Source: Chrysomallon squamiferum (taxonomy: Eukaryota > Animalia > Mollusca). Taken from it: 64,000 nucleotides of DNA. The notes beneath the pieces were generated by a model, which worked only from the letters and a program-made list of their open reading frames with translations, had not been told where the DNA came from and did no database searches. This document shows, piece by piece, positions 1 to 17,070 of the stretch (within the stretch, counting starts at the first letter, position 1; each line of letters opens with the position of its first letter). A program made the position numbers and the translations under genes. The stretch spans positions 4,588,001 through 4,652,000 of the forward strand of contig CM022674.1 in assembly GCA_012295275.1 (NCBI GenBank), given 5' to 3'.

Positions 1-156
1 TGTCAACATAGTGGTCGTCGTCGTCGCAATTGTCCGAATCACAGACGTAGTCTGTGTCGTATATACCACCGGTTAAGACTCTTTTGTTAGTTTTTGTACT
101 TCGAAAGACAAAACGTTCGGCTTATCAGGTGTTTTTTTCTTTCTCTCTCTTTGTGC

Positions 157-227
<71 letters not shown>

Positions 228-299
228 TGTGTGTGTGTGTGGAAAGATGCACAGATAAAATCAAATTATAATTGGATTTCCCTGTCTGCTATTCCACAG

Positions 300-1729
300 A
301 CGTTGATATGTATGGTAGTCGAATTCAAGCAACAGGTGTACAATCCTTGACTAAATGTGGAAAGATGAGTTATAGAGTCCTTGTAGAACAGTTAGACGAT
401 GGAAAAAGAATAAATGTAATGTTTATCGTTTATGGACCTAAGCAAAACTCTTGTAAGTAATTTCAACTTAACTAAGAGTAGCAATGCTTTTCTAATAATA
501 ATAATAATAATAATAATAATCATAATAATAATAATAATAATAATAATGATGATAATGATGATGATGATGATGATGATGGTGCTGATGATGATAATAACAA
601 CAACAATAACAACATCAATAACAACAACAACAACAACAACAACAACTACACAACGGTGATGGTGACTATAAAAGAGCAAGAGACCATGATGATGACTAAC
701 ATCAAGATGGTTTTAATGATTTGGATAATAGCATCATTGTCCTTGTGTTTCTTTCATTCGGTTTTATTGTAGTTTGATCCTAAATATCTGAGTTACTATT
801 TATTTTTGTAAGGTAGCAGTAAATTTGTGGTATGTTCACGATTGCATTGACGTCTACGAATGTTATAAATCATTTTTTTTTTTTTTTTTTTTTCTTAAGC
901 TTGTATAGTTACGAAAGGAAAAGATTGCTTGAAGAAAGGTGAAATGTCTGGAGAAAACGGCTTATTTCAGATTTGTAGTAATACAGGCGTGTTGAAGACA
1001 AATGTTCGCGGTAACAATCATTGTTTCTACCAAATATTTTCAAATATATTTTGTATCTGAATCGGAGTATGATACCCACCGAGACATTGGTAAATAATAC
1101 AGGTTTGGAGATATACACCCTGTATAAAACTGTCTCATATTTTGCTTACTATCGATAGCTTTCTATCCCATACGTTCAAATCAACCAAACAATAATTGTA
1201 GAGACATTGGAAGCATATGAGTATTTTAACCTGTTCTTCTTCCTAACAAAACTTTTTAAAACAATGGATATGACAGTTCATGTTTTCACTTCAGAGTGTT
1301 AGTCGATCATTCTTGTTAACATTCAAACTCAGTCACACACGCAAAAAGACTGATCATAAAAAAAAAAAAGAAAACAAAACAATTCTATCATAGACAACAA
1401 GACCTAACTTTTCGAAACATTTTAACAGAACGATGAGAGTTATTTTTCTGAAACACTTATCTCGCAGTTTTTACATTTTCTCTTTTGTCTGAGAATTTTT
1501 TTTTTTTTCGATTTTTTTATGTATTATATTTTGATACTTTCAGTAATCAATCTGACGCCGTGTTATATTCGATCTATTTATTTTTCTTGTTTCATTGATT
1601 TCAGGTTGCAAATACAAAGGCAATTGTGTCAAACCATACACAAGATTCCATGGTGGTCCCTGGTGGTGGTACTACCCTTGTACTTGCAAAGATAATGGAG
1701 TTTTGGATTGTCTTTATAAGTTTTTCTGA
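300..1729 (+). CDS. Secreted Cys-rich protein, paralogue A (5' exons lie outside the window); exons 300-452, 900-1010, 1605-1729
   Basis: Canonical ag/gt boundaries, all phase 1, one continuous frame: VDMYGSRIQATGVQSLTKCGKMSYRVLVEQLDDGKRINVMFIVYGPKQNS-SCIVTKGKDCLKKGEMSGENGLFQICSNTGVLKTNVR-GCKYKGNCVKPYTRFHGGPWWWYYPCTCKDNGVLDCLYKFF*. AATAAA at 1734-1739. Exon-for-exon homology to paralogues B and C. Confidence 0.85.
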
Positions 1730-2229
1730 TGGTAATAAAATTTAACTGACGGGAATGGTGTATATTCTTTGATCTTGCTCTGTACCGAGCGAGAAATATT
1801 ATGTTTAGCTAATACGTGAGATTTGATTTCTTAATATATAAACACAAAGTGATAGATACAGATATGCACACATTCCGACGTACGGACAGATAGACGTAGT
1901 CTCATTTATACACACACACACAAACACGCGCGCACACACACACACACAAACACATACACTCAGACACACAGATTCAGACATGGAGACACATATATACAGA
2001 AATAAACAGATGTAGATTGAAACACGTAGATACGAATACTGAATGGTCATTAGCAGTACAGTTTATCTGTATACATCCTAGTAACATGTAGCAGTAGTTA
2101 GAAATAACCTCATGTTGTCCATAATGCTGACAGATATGTGGTACACTTTCTTAATACTAACAGCAACTGTTCCATTAGGGAAAATAAATCTGTATTTCAT
2201 GATGAAAAGTCTAAAATATTATTAAGTAA

Positions 2230-2282
<53 letters not shown>

Positions 2283-2283
2283 G

Positions 2284-2320
<37 letters not shown>

Positions 2321-2356
2321 ATATCAGTCTATAAATCTATCTATCTATCTATCTAT

Positions 2357-2391
<35 letters not shown>

Positions 2392-2636
2392 ACAAAGACA
2401 AAATAAACAATAAACAAATAGAATAATTTAATACAGCTAAAATAATGTAATTGCAGCTTGGATGTAAACAGAATGTTCAGTTTCTCAAGAGACAATTAGC
2501 AGAACCGTGTGTCAAGACACCAGTTGAACTCAATAAGCAACACACGTTCAGTAAAGCCAAGTTTGCAGTAGAGTTTGTCGTACCTGTATATATACATACA
2601 TACATACATACATACATACATACATACATACATACA

Positions 2637-2668
<32 letters not shown>

Positions 2669-3006
2669 CATACATACATAGATACATTCATACATACATA
2701 TGTACACACATGCATTCGAATTTATTTAATTAACATTAATTAAACTTATCATTATGTCCGGTTAAGAAAAAAGCTCTTAGTTTATTATGACAAGAAATCA
2801 TTTAATTCGTATATTGTTTAAATTTGTTACCAATCGATTCACTTCTATCTCGTGACTGCACAGATATTTGTCCAACATATACTTAACCAAACAACATTAG
2901 CAAGATTTTGTAAATGACTTAAGCTTCCAAATAAATTAAAATGAAACGGTAAAGCTTCGCCCTGTCGCTGTGAATAATGGAAATAACACCATCTGTTTTA
3001 TATCGC

Positions 3007-3340
3007 ATGCCTCTATGGCTTAACGGAATATCAACGTCTCGAAGCAATGGGACGGGTTAACGCTGGCCAACACGTACACGACGTCGCTCAGCACTTTCTT
3101 GTTCATGTCAGTACCATATCACGACCCCGATATCATGCATAAATAGGTTTATCCTACTAGAGGTATATAACAGGTAAATGTATCGATGTTTGTCATGCGG
3201 ATACAACCCAAATATCGGTAACTGACTCGAAATATTCAGTCATCCCCAGAAACCTAGAGAGGAACTCATCACACGGAATGTCCAAAAGTTCTTCCAGCGG
3301 TATATGTCTATGTATCGTTTGCGTACTAACAGTAAATCAG
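3007..3340 (+). mobile_element. Degenerate, internally deleted Tc1/mariner transposase remnant
   Basis: 3020-3124 translates LTEYQRLEAMGRVNAGQHVHDVAQHFLVHVSTISR, resembling the Tc1 N-terminal HTH. A decayed C-terminal-like piece (PRNL..EL..RYMSM) lies at ~3245-3325. TIRs not identified. Confidence 0.65.
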
Positions 3341-3429
3341 CACAAACCTACAGTGTACTACATGAATGAAGCCTACAATTTAATCAGCAAGAGAACCAGA
3401 GGCACAGTCTGAAATGCCGCTAAACTACT

Positions 3430-4613
3430 GTAGTGAATATCACACATCTTGTCATAGCAATCACATCTAAGCAACAACGATACAGTAAGCTGTCTTCATC
3501 TGAACTTTACAGCTGTTCAGTGGTGAAATGTTCTTCTTTTGTAATTGCAACCGTCTTTCTTTAATCTCTGGTAGAAACATGTAACAGTTCAATATGTTAA
3601 AGTCTAGTAGAAAACATAGAGCAAGTAAATATGTTAATACTAATAGAAACGTAACAAATAATATGTTAATGCTAGTATAAACATGTAGCAAGTAAATATG
3701 TTAATACTAGTAGAACCATGCAACAAGTAAATCTGTTAATACTAGATTAACTATTAGTTAGTAGAAACTAGTAGTAAGAAGTAAATAGTTAATGCTAGTA
3801 GAAAGATATACGAAGTAAATGTGTTAATACTAGTAGAATATTTCAACAATTAAAATGTTCACATTACTAGATACTTGCAACACACGAAAATGTTAAGAAT
3901 AACAATTAAAACAATAATGGTAATGATGATATTGATGATGATTATGATAATAATAATAGTACTTCTAATAATAACAATAATAATAATAATAATAATAATG
4001 ATAATAATAATGATAATGATAATAATAATAAGAATAATAATAATAATATTAATAATAATAATAATAATAACAGTAATGATAATATGTTAGGAAGACAGGG
4101 AGTGAAAACGCACACCAACCTAAAACTTCCACGTAATTAATAATAAATTTTTTTAAAGTATGAGGCCATAAACGACAGAAACAGCAAGGCATTATGAATA
4201 AATTTAAATATTTGGCAGCTAAAAGCCTTTCATTGATGAAATATATTAATAGGTTTTTTTTTTGATTATGACACATCACATTATTCAACATATACATATA
4301 CGTTTTTTACTCCAGGATCCGAGGGTGTATGTATGTAATGAATTAACTATTATATTATGCGACATGGCTTAAAAAAAAAAAATAGAGAAAAATAAAATAA
4401 AATAACCATTTGAATCGGAAAATATTTATATTTATTCTGAATTACTTTCTGTCTCTGTCATTTATGTACTCACATTTTCAGTGTTGAAATCTGTGAGACA
4501 CATAAAACATATTACAAATAGTATTTGAACCGAAAGATATCAGCCAAGTGTACCATTTCTCTTCGGATGTTCATAAGATCGACTACATACATTTATTAAG
4601 GTGTTTTTATTAA

Positions 4614-4652
<39 letters not shown>

Positions 4653-5160
4653 TATTATTATCATCGTCATCATTATTATTGTTATTTATTTCTTACATTG
4701 CTACTAGGATTACATTCTTTACTTGTTTCTACTAGTATTGCAGTATTCAGGTGTTGTATTTACCGAATTAATATTATCGCAAGCAGGTATTACTAATATT
4801 ACCGTATTCACTTGTTACATGTTTCTACTAATATTACCGTATTCAGTTTGTACATGTTTCTACTAGTATTACCGTGTTCACTTTTTACAAGTTTATTGTA
4901 GTATTACCGTATTCACTTGTTAGATATTTATACTAGTATTACCGTATTCACTTTTTAGATGTTTCTACTAATATTACCGTATTCAGTTTTTACATGTTTC
5001 TACTAATGTTACCGTGTTCACTTGCTACATGCTTCTACTAATATTACCGTATTCACTTTTTACATGTTTCTACTAATGTTACCGTGTTTATGCTTTACTA
5101 ATATTACTGTATTCACTTGTTACATGCTTATATTTGTATCAACGTTCACTTTTTCTATGT
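3430..5160. mobile_element. Foldback-like element copy U1: opposed 35-bp minisatellite arms around a ~0.5-kb loop
   Basis: Left array 3570-3890 (tactagtagaaacatgtaacaagtaaatatgttaa-like) and right array 4780-5160 (tactagtattaccgtattcacttgttacatgtttc-like) are reverse-complement relatives. Each has a (TAA)n tract on its inner side. The loop is homologous to the loops of U2 and U3. Confidence 0.6.
4780..5160 (+). repeat. 35-bp minisatellite array (~10 units)
   Basis: Unit tactagtattaccgtattcacttgttacatgtttc; starts at 4861 and 4931 are two units (70 bp) apart. Confidence 0.9.
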
Positions 5161-5207
5161 ATCTACTTGCTTGTTTCTTTTTCGTTAGAGATAGTCAACA
5201 TTTCAAG

Positions 5208-5587
5208 ATGATTGCTCTGGCGTTACTCTCGCTGATGATGTCATCATTCCAACACGTGCAGTCCGAGGTACATATGCGTCAAGGCCAAGGTCATTTTACG
5301 CTTGTTAACTATATAATAAAAAAATATGATACCAATGATTAAAATCTATTAAAAAAAAAAAAAAAAAAAAAAAATACAACCAAACAAACTAAAAAAACAA
5401 CACCAAAAAAAAAAAAAAAAAAAAAAAACAAACAAACACAAACCCCATAAAAACAACAACAACAGAAGAAGAAGAATTAAGGAAGAAAAAAAAAGAAAGG
5501 TAACAACACAGTAAGAACAAGAAGAAGAACAATCACAGCAATAACGTCAATGACGTCAACAACAAAAGCAACAAGAATAATAATATC

Positions 5588-5640
<53 letters not shown>

Positions 5641-6203
5641 TAATAGCAATAATAATTAAACGTTGGAGGCATGGTAGGGGGTAAATAGAACATACACATG
5701 GACAGACAGATAGATAAACAGATCTGAATACTTATTTATTTCAGCTTACACAGCTTTTTACAATGAAGATACCAAGAAGTGTGAGACTGAGTGGGGCAAG
5801 TATTCAGTAGGCAGTGTAATCCACGAGTTGAAGTTTTTTGGGTCAGCTATTCTTGTTTGTAAAGAGGGTGGTATCGGAGTTGATACCAATGCGTCCTGTA
5901 AGTATTTACTGAAATAGAAATGTTTCTATGTAGATATTCGAGATTATAGAAATATATATATATAGTAAAGAAAGAAGTGAAATTGTTAGAAGACTGTAGT
6001 AACGAATAAGATTCCTTAGCGTGAAAGGTCATTGAATGTTTGACTAAAATAAACTCAGTTGCCTTTTATAAGCACACTGTCAGAAATTTTAATCATTCTT
6101 GTCAAGATAATTATTTGTATTTTAAAATAATAAACAGATAATTATTTCTACTTCTGTAGTCTCTAGTTAAATTAGCTGCTGCAACGTGCAGTAATTTAAG
6201 ACA

Positions 6204-6279
<76 letters not shown>

Positions 6280-6586
6280 GTCTCTCTCTCTCTCTCTCTG
6301 TTTGTGTGTGTGTAGATACATAGATAAAAACTAATTATAAGTGGATATCACAATCTGCTATTTCACAGTCGCTAAGATGTATGATACTAGAATTCCTGCT
6401 ACAGGGAAATACAAATGGACTAGATGTGGTATGATAGCTTATGAAATCCACATAGAAAAGTTGTACGATAGAAAACGAATATATGTAGAGTTTCTCGTTT
6501 CTAGACCTAAGGAAAACTCTTGTAAGTAATTTCAACATAAATAAAATAGTAATTACTATTATAATAGTAATGACTATAAATATAGC

Positions 6587-6641
<55 letters not shown>

Positions 6642-7900
6642 TCTTATGATGATGATGATTATTATTATTATTATTATTATTGTTAATAATTTTCTTAATT
6701 TTAGTAACGATGATGATGCTGATGATTTACTAGTATTGTTAGTACTGTTGCTATTGCTCTTTTTGATATTAATAATAACAACAATAACAAAAATCCAAAA
6801 AGAAACAACAACAACAACAAGCAAACAAAAACAAAAGAGCTGGACAGCATGATTTGAATAATAATATCATTGTCCTTATGTTTATTTCATGTCGTTTTTA
6901 TTGTAATTTGATTGTAAATATCTTGGTTTCTAATTGCTTTCATTGTGTCTTTTGTACTGTAGCAGTAATTTTGTGGCATTCATGTGTACAAATGTTACAA
7001 ATGTATTGCTTGTTTGTTTTCTTTATTTTTTTATTTTATTTTTTTAAGCTTGTGTATTCTGGACAGCTAGAGATTGCTTGAAGATAGGTCAGACGAGGGT
7101 TAACAAAATTTGCGAAACGTACATGTGTAACAAACCAGGCGTGTTTAAGCGCGTGAAATCCGGTAACAATCCTTGATTCTATCAACTTGTTTTCAAATAT
7201 GTCTTAGATGCCGTATGAATCGGCGTATAACACCCACCGGGATTTTGATAGATAATATAGGTGCGAGCTATACCCCAGCGTGTAAGACTACCTCAGTTTG
7301 GCTTACTGCTGATAGCTTGCTGTCCCACACTGCTTTACCAACCACCCATTGACTACAAAACTGTAAAACTAGATCACTGTCAAAGCTGTGATGACGTTCG
7401 TTTCAAATTAACCAAAAGATTAGTTGTAGAGATGCAGGAACCATATGAGTTTTTTAACCCGTTTTCCTTCATTACTTAGCATGCTAAATCAATGGATATT
7501 AAAGTTGATGTTTTCACTTCAGGGTATTAGCCGATCATTTTTGTTAACATTCAAATACCGTCAGATACTCCAACATCTACCGTACAGAAAAAAACACAAA
7601 AACAATTACCACATGACGAAAGTTATCTGTCTGAAATACTGTCAACTCGCATAGTTTACATTTTTGTTTCTTGTATGAAATACATATATATTTTTCTTAT
7701 TATGAAATATATTTGGATAGTGTAAATAATGAACCTGACCAGGAAGTATGTTTACTCTATTTATTTTTCTTATTTCATTGATTTCAGGTTGCAGGTACCA
7801 TGGCCGTTGTCTCGACTTATACGAGACAGAATCATCTGGTTGGTGGTTTACGAAAAGAACATGTAAGTGCAGAGAGGATAAAACTGTTTATTGCAGTTGA
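5208..7900 (+). CDS. Secreted Cys-rich protein, paralogue B (complete, 204 aa); exons 5208-5289, 5745-5897, 6369-6521, 7049-7162, 7788-7900
   Basis: Spliced 615 nt gives an open frame: MIALALLSLMMSSFQHVQSEVHMRQGQ-AYTAFYNEDTKKCETEWGKYSVGSVIHELKFFGSAILVCKEGGIGVDTNAS-FAKMYDTRIPATGKYKWTRCGMIAYEIHIEKLYDRKRIYVEFLVSRPKENS-SCVFWTARDCLKIGQTRVNKICETYMCNKPGVFKRVKS-GCRYHGRCLDLYETESSGWWFTKRTCKCREDKTVYCS*. Hydrophobic signal-peptide-like N-terminus, 12 Cys, all introns GT-AG phase 1, AATAAA at 7948-7953. The exon-1 donor (gtcatt) is weak but matches paralogue C in position. Confidence 0.85.
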
Positions 7901-8120
7901 CGATAAATGCTTCTTGTATCGAAATATATATATATATATCAGTCAGAAATAAAGTTTAATTAACGGAGATACTCTATGTTGTTCTGTACAGAGTGAGAAA
8001 TACCATGTTCAGCTGTATAAAGGTAATACGTGAGATTTGATTTCCTAAAATATAAACACAAAGTGACACACACAGATATGCACACATTCCGACGTGCGGA
8101 AAGAGACACGTACTGTCATT

Positions 8121-8192
<72 letters not shown>

Positions 8193-8719
8193 TGCAGACA
8201 CACACACACACATACATTGATACACAGATGTAAATTGAAACACATAGACATGAATACTGAATTGTCATTAACAGTAACGTTTATCTGTATATTAGAAATA
8301 ACCTCTTAGTTTCCATAATATTGATATATCTGGCATTAAAAGCTTGTATCAAGTAAGTATTTGATTCTGGTGTCAAACAAGTAGCTAAACTAGGGTACAC
8401 ACAATTAGTTCATCCTAATGAAACTTTTAGTTAAAAACTGTTGGTTAAAATTGAAAAACAAAAGTTTGAACTTAATGTGAAGCAAATACATAACATTAAA
8501 ACATGTAAAAAAATAAATAAATAAATAAATAAATAAAAATAAAAAACAAAGAAAAAAAAAGAAGAAAAAAACAACAAGAAAAAACAAGAAAAAAAGACAA
8601 GAATAAAATACAACTAAAACAAACAATAAACAAATAGAATAGTTTGGTATAGCTAAAATAATATAATTGCAGCTTCGATGTAATCAGAAAGTTCAGTTTC
8701 GTAAAAGTGTAACCAGTGG

Positions 8720-9192
8720 AAAACGGTAATATTAATAGAATCACATAACATGTAACTACGGTAATACTAGCATAAACATATACCGTTACTCTTATAGAAA
8801 CGTTTAACTAGTGAATACAGTAATACTAGTAGATACATAGAAAAAGAGAATGTTAATACCAATATACAGATGTAGAAAGTGAATACGGTAACAGTAGAAA
8901 CATGTAATAAGTGACTTCGGTAATATTAGTAGAAACATAACGAGTGAATGACGTCAAACTTATAGAGACGTAACAACTGAATACAGTAATATTAGTAGAA
9001 ATATATAGTAAGTGAATGTTAATACCAGTACAAACATGCAAAACGTGACTACGGTAATATTAGTAACAAGTGTATACGGTAATACTAGTAGAAATATGTA
9101 ACAAATGAATAGAGTAATACTGGTAGAAGCATCTAAGAAATGAATACGGCGATAATAGTAGAAACATGTAACAAGTAGAAATCTAATTGGTA

Positions 9193-9230
<38 letters not shown>

Positions 9231-9813
9231 CTTAATAAATGTATGTAGTCGATCCTATGAACATACGAAGAGAAAACATACAGTAAACAAATATTTTTCC
9301 ATTCAAATGCTATCTGCAACGAGTTTTATTGTCTGTGAAATTTCTGTAATTTGAAAACATGAGAACGTAAATGACACAGACAGAAAACAATTCAGAATAA
9401 ATTTAAATAGTTTACGTTTTAAATGGTTTTCAGCTGTGCAGTTTGAAACACCTTTTTTCGTTATTTTATCTTATTTCATTGTATTTATAGATTGATATAT
9501 TATATAGATGGATATATTATATAGATATATATATTATTTACTTTAAATTTATTACATGTATACACACTCTCATCTTGGAATAAAAACACTTCAGACTGGA
9601 GAATGATATAAACTGCAACTGAAACTCTTGTACGAGGATCATAGTTTAGCGACAAGACGTGAAACTTAAACATAAGAACGCAATGAATTACGGAAAGCTA
9701 TAATAGAAATAATCGTACATTCTGAAACATACAGTTTACGTTCTTGTCTTATGTAAAGTTTCAATGGTCTTTTCTGAGATGTGAACTATTAAAGTACAAT
9801 AATTTAGATCTTG

Positions 9814-9862
<49 letters not shown>

Positions 9863-11510
9863 TATATATATATATAAATTGACAAATGTGATATGTCATA
9901 TAAAAAAGTATAAAATCTAGTAGTATATTTCAAAAGCTTTTAACTGCCAAATATTTAAATTGATTCATAATGCCTTGCTATGTCTGTCGTTTATGTCCTC
10001 ATATTTTCAGAAATAGAATTTTAAATATGTGAAAGATTTACCTTGTTGTTTGTTTTCTCATCCTCTCTTCATAACATCGACCATTTGTATTTATTAACCT
10101 TCTTCGATATTATTGTTATTATTATTGTTATTATTGTTATTATTATTATTATTAGTAGTAGTAGTAGTAGTAGTAGTACCTTCTTCGCGTGTTACATGTA
10201 TCTACTGCTGTGAACATCTTAAGTGTAGAAAGATTCTACTACTATTAACAAATTTACTTGTAACATGTTTCCACTAGGATCAATATACTTACTTCTTACA
10301 TCTTTGTACTAGCATTAAATATTTACTTGTTACATGTTTGTACTGGCATTATAATATTTAATTCTTAAGTCTTTGTAGAACAATTGACATATTTACTTAC
10401 CTATTATATATTATCCTAGTATTGACATATTTACTTACCTATTATATATTATCCTAGTATTGACATATTTACTTATTACATATTATCCTAGTATTGACAT
10501 ATTTACTTATTACATATTATCCTAGTATTGACTTATTTACTTGTTACATATTATCCTAGTACTCACATATTTTCTTCTTACATGTTTCTACTAGCATTGA
10601 CATATTTACTTTTTACATGTGTATCCTAGTATTGACATATTTACTTTTTACATGTGTATCCTAGCATTGACATATTTACTTTTTACATGTGTATCCTAGC
10701 ATTGACATATTTACTTGTTACATGTTATCCTAGTATGGACATATTTACTTGTTACATGTGTACCCTAGTACTGACATATTTTCTTGTTAAATGTTATCCT
10801 AGTATTGACATATTTACTTGTTACTTGTGTATCCTAGCACTGACATATTTACTTGTTGCATGTGTATCCTAGTACTGACATATTTTCTTGTTACATGTTT
10901 CTACTAGCATTGACATATTAGTATTAATATTTTTGCTTCTCGCATGCTTTTACTAGTCTTGATACATTTACTTGCTGCATATTTCATAATCTTATTAGTG
11001 TTAACAAATTTAGGTGTCACATGTTTCTACTTGTATTAATAGTTATGTGTATCTACTACTATTAACATATTTATACAGTAGTAATATATTTCTTCCATAT
11101 TTCTACTACTGTTATCATATTTACTTGCAACATTTTTCTACTTCTCTTGACGTATTTGCTTGTTACATGGTTCTGCTAGTATTAACTTTCTACATGATTA
11201 TACAGTGTTAACTTATTTGTTACATGTTTATACAGTGTTAAAAATATTTATTTGTTACATGTTTCCTCTAGTATTAACACATCAACTTGTTACATGTTGA
11301 TACTAGAATTAACATATTTTCTGTTACGTTTCTATTAGTATTAACATATTTACTCCTTACATGTTTTTTGCTGGAATTAACATACTGAAAGATGGATGCA
11401 ATTACAAAGGAAGAATCTTTGACCACTGAACAACTGTAAAGTTCAGGATGAAGACAGCTTAAGCTATTTTTCTTACTTAGATGTGATTGCTATGACAAGA
11501 TGTGTGATAT
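8720..11510. mobile_element. Foldback-like element copy U2 (loop inverted relative to U1; no gene attached)
   Basis: Array 8725-9180 is the reverse complement of the 4780-5160 type. 9230-9430 and 9880-10080 are inverted homologues of 4400-4600 and 4090-4290. Expanded array 10190-11380. 11385-11510 is the reverse complement of 3435-3560. Confidence 0.6.
10190..11380 (+). repeat. Expanded 34-40-bp minisatellite array
   Basis: Repeated ctagtattgacatatttacttgttacat(a/g)t unit, roughly 30 copies. Confidence 0.9.
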
Positions 11511-11693
11511 TCGATACACTAGTACGTGTCTCTTTCCGCACATCTGAATGTGTGCATATCTGTATCTGTCACTTTGTGTTTATATGTTAAGAAACCAAAT
11601 CTCACGTATTACCTTTGTACAGCTAAACATAATACTTCTCACTCTGTACAGAAGAACGTCAAAGAATACACTGTCACCGTCAGTTAAATTTTC

Positions 11694-14727
<3,034 letters not shown>

Positions 14728-15119
14728 CTTGAATTGCTGAATATCTCTAATCAAAAAGAAACTCGCTATAAGTACATATTGTAATCCAAGAATAAAATGC
14801 TACAAGTAAATAAGTTAGTTCTAATAGAATCGTATAACAAGTAGAGATATCAATATTTGCCGCGAATAACTCATTCCAAATTCAGGCCCCCGAACAATCG
14901 AGAGAGAAACCCAAAAACGAACATACACGAAACATTCAAATTTCTCCCAGCGATATAAATCTCCGTGTCGGTAGGTTACTACAAGAGATATCCTGGCTCT
15001 AGGAATAATCAGAGATGAGATTTCATACATATTATATGCATGAGTCTGCGACAGTGCATTACAGTTTAATTAACAAGATGACCATCGACACTTTCTGAAA
15101 TTAGTTACTGTGTTAAACA

Positions 15120-16067
15120 TCAGTTGTTTTGTCATAGCAATCATATCTCAGCGTGCAACAGTATAGTAATCTGTGTCCTTCAGAATTTTACAGTTGTTCA
15201 GGTGACCAAAGCTGAGCCGTGTCATTGCAGCAGTCTTTCTGCATAACTCTTTAGTCTCTGACTATTTACGTCCAATGACCAAACAGGCCAGGAATCTTTG
15301 TATTTAGGAACAATACTACGATTTAAAATAAACAAAAAGTTAGTTTGATACCCGACCGAACCAGAACACTGGCTGTCTCAAAGGAATACGCGAACTGCAG
15401 GTGGAGTTGCATAATGGTATTGGTCATTACCGTAATAAAAACCACCAGAAATATGTAATCAGTGCAAAACGGTAACATTAGTAGAAGCATGTAACATGTA
15501 AATACGGTAATATTAGGTTAAACATGAGGCAAGTGTGTACCGTAACACTTATAGGAACATTTTACAAGCATATACTGTAATACTAGTAGATACATAGAAA
15601 GAGTGAATGAGATAATATTCATTCGGTAAATACACCACCTGAATACGGCAACAGCAGTAGAAAGAGGTAACAAGTAAAGAATGTAATCTTTGTAGCAATG
15701 TAATAAATAAATAAATAATAATAATAATAATAATAAATGTGTGTAGTCGATCCTATGAGCATACGAAGAGGAATATTACTAGGCTGATATATTTCGGTTC
15801 AAATACTATTTGTAATGTGTTTTATTGTCTATCAGATTTCAACACTTTGAAAATGTGAGTACATAAATGACAGAGACAGAAAGTCATTCAGAATAAATTT
15901 AAATATTTTACGTTTCAAATGGTTTTCAGCTGTGCAGTTTAAAAGCATCTGTTTTTCTTTCTTTTTTTTTTTTTTTTTTGCTTTCTTTTATTTTCTTTTT
16001 TTTTTTTTTTTTTTGTTTCTCTATTTATTTGTTTTAAGCCACGTCTCAAAACAGAACAGTGAATTCA

Positions 16068-16098
<31 letters not shown>

Positions 16099-17070
16099 CA
16101 TACAGACTCTGATCGTGGAGTGAAAACACTTCAGCTGGAGAATGATATAAAACCCAGAAGTGAAAATGTTATCGGAGGATGATCGTAGTTTAACGCCAAC
16201 ACGTGAAACTAAAACACAGAAGGCCAAAATGACGTACGGAAAGCCATAATAGAAATAACCGTACCTTCTGGAACTGCCATTTTCCATATAAAGTTTTATC
16301 TTCTTACCTTATGTGAAGTTTCAAAGGTATTTTATGAGATGCGAAGTGTTAACGTACAATATTTTAGATCCTGGGATATCTATCTATCTATATATATAAA
16401 TTCACTGTGATGAATCATATAAAAACTATAAAATCTAGTAATATATTTCACGAACTTTTAACTGGCAAAAATATTTAAATTTACCCATAATGCCTTGCTA
16501 TGTATGTCGTTTATGATCTCATATTTTCGGAAATAGAATTTTAATTATGTGAAAGTTTTAGATTGGTTATGGGTTTTCTCTTCGTATGTTCATAACATAT
16601 TACTATTATTAGCAGTATTATTATTATTATTATCGTTATCGTTATCATCATCATCATCATAATTGCCATTATTGTTTTAATTGTTATTCTTAACATTTTC
16701 GCGTTTTACAGTTCTCTAGTAATGTGAACATTTTAATTGTTAAAATATTCTACTAGTATTAACATATTTACTTCTTACATGTTTCTACAAGAATTAACAT
16801 ATTTACTTCTTATATCTTTGTACTAGCCTTAACATATTTACTTCTTACTTACATGTTTATACAAGTATTAAAATATTTACTTGCTACATGCCTATATAGT
16901 GTCAAGATATTTATTTGTTACATGTTTCTACTAGTATTATCATAGTTATTTGTTACATGCCTTTAAAGTATTAACATATTTATTTATTACATATTTACTT
17001 GTTACATGTTGATACTAGCATTAACACATTTACTTGTTACATGTTGATACTAGCATTAACATATTTAATT
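15120..17070. mobile_element. Foldback-like element copy U3, upstream of paralogue C
   Basis: 15125-15245 is a direct homologue of 3445-3560. Arrays 15400-15700 and 16700-17070 are in opposite orientation. The inner motif ttcctcttcgtatgctcata (minus strand, ~15755-15773) faces gttttctcttcgtatgttcata (~16573-16594). Loop homologous to U1/U2. Confidence 0.6.

Noticed and set aside
7208-7351. Possible extra exon in intron 4 of paralogue B (CRMNRRITPTG...)
   Set aside because: It would need a 45-nt intron, the phase-1 frame stops at once, and the acceptor is not conserved in A.
10190-11380. Regular 35-bp repeats resembling a CRISPR array
   Set aside because: Units are contiguous and degenerate with no unique spacers, there are no cas genes, and the context is eukaryotic: a minisatellite.
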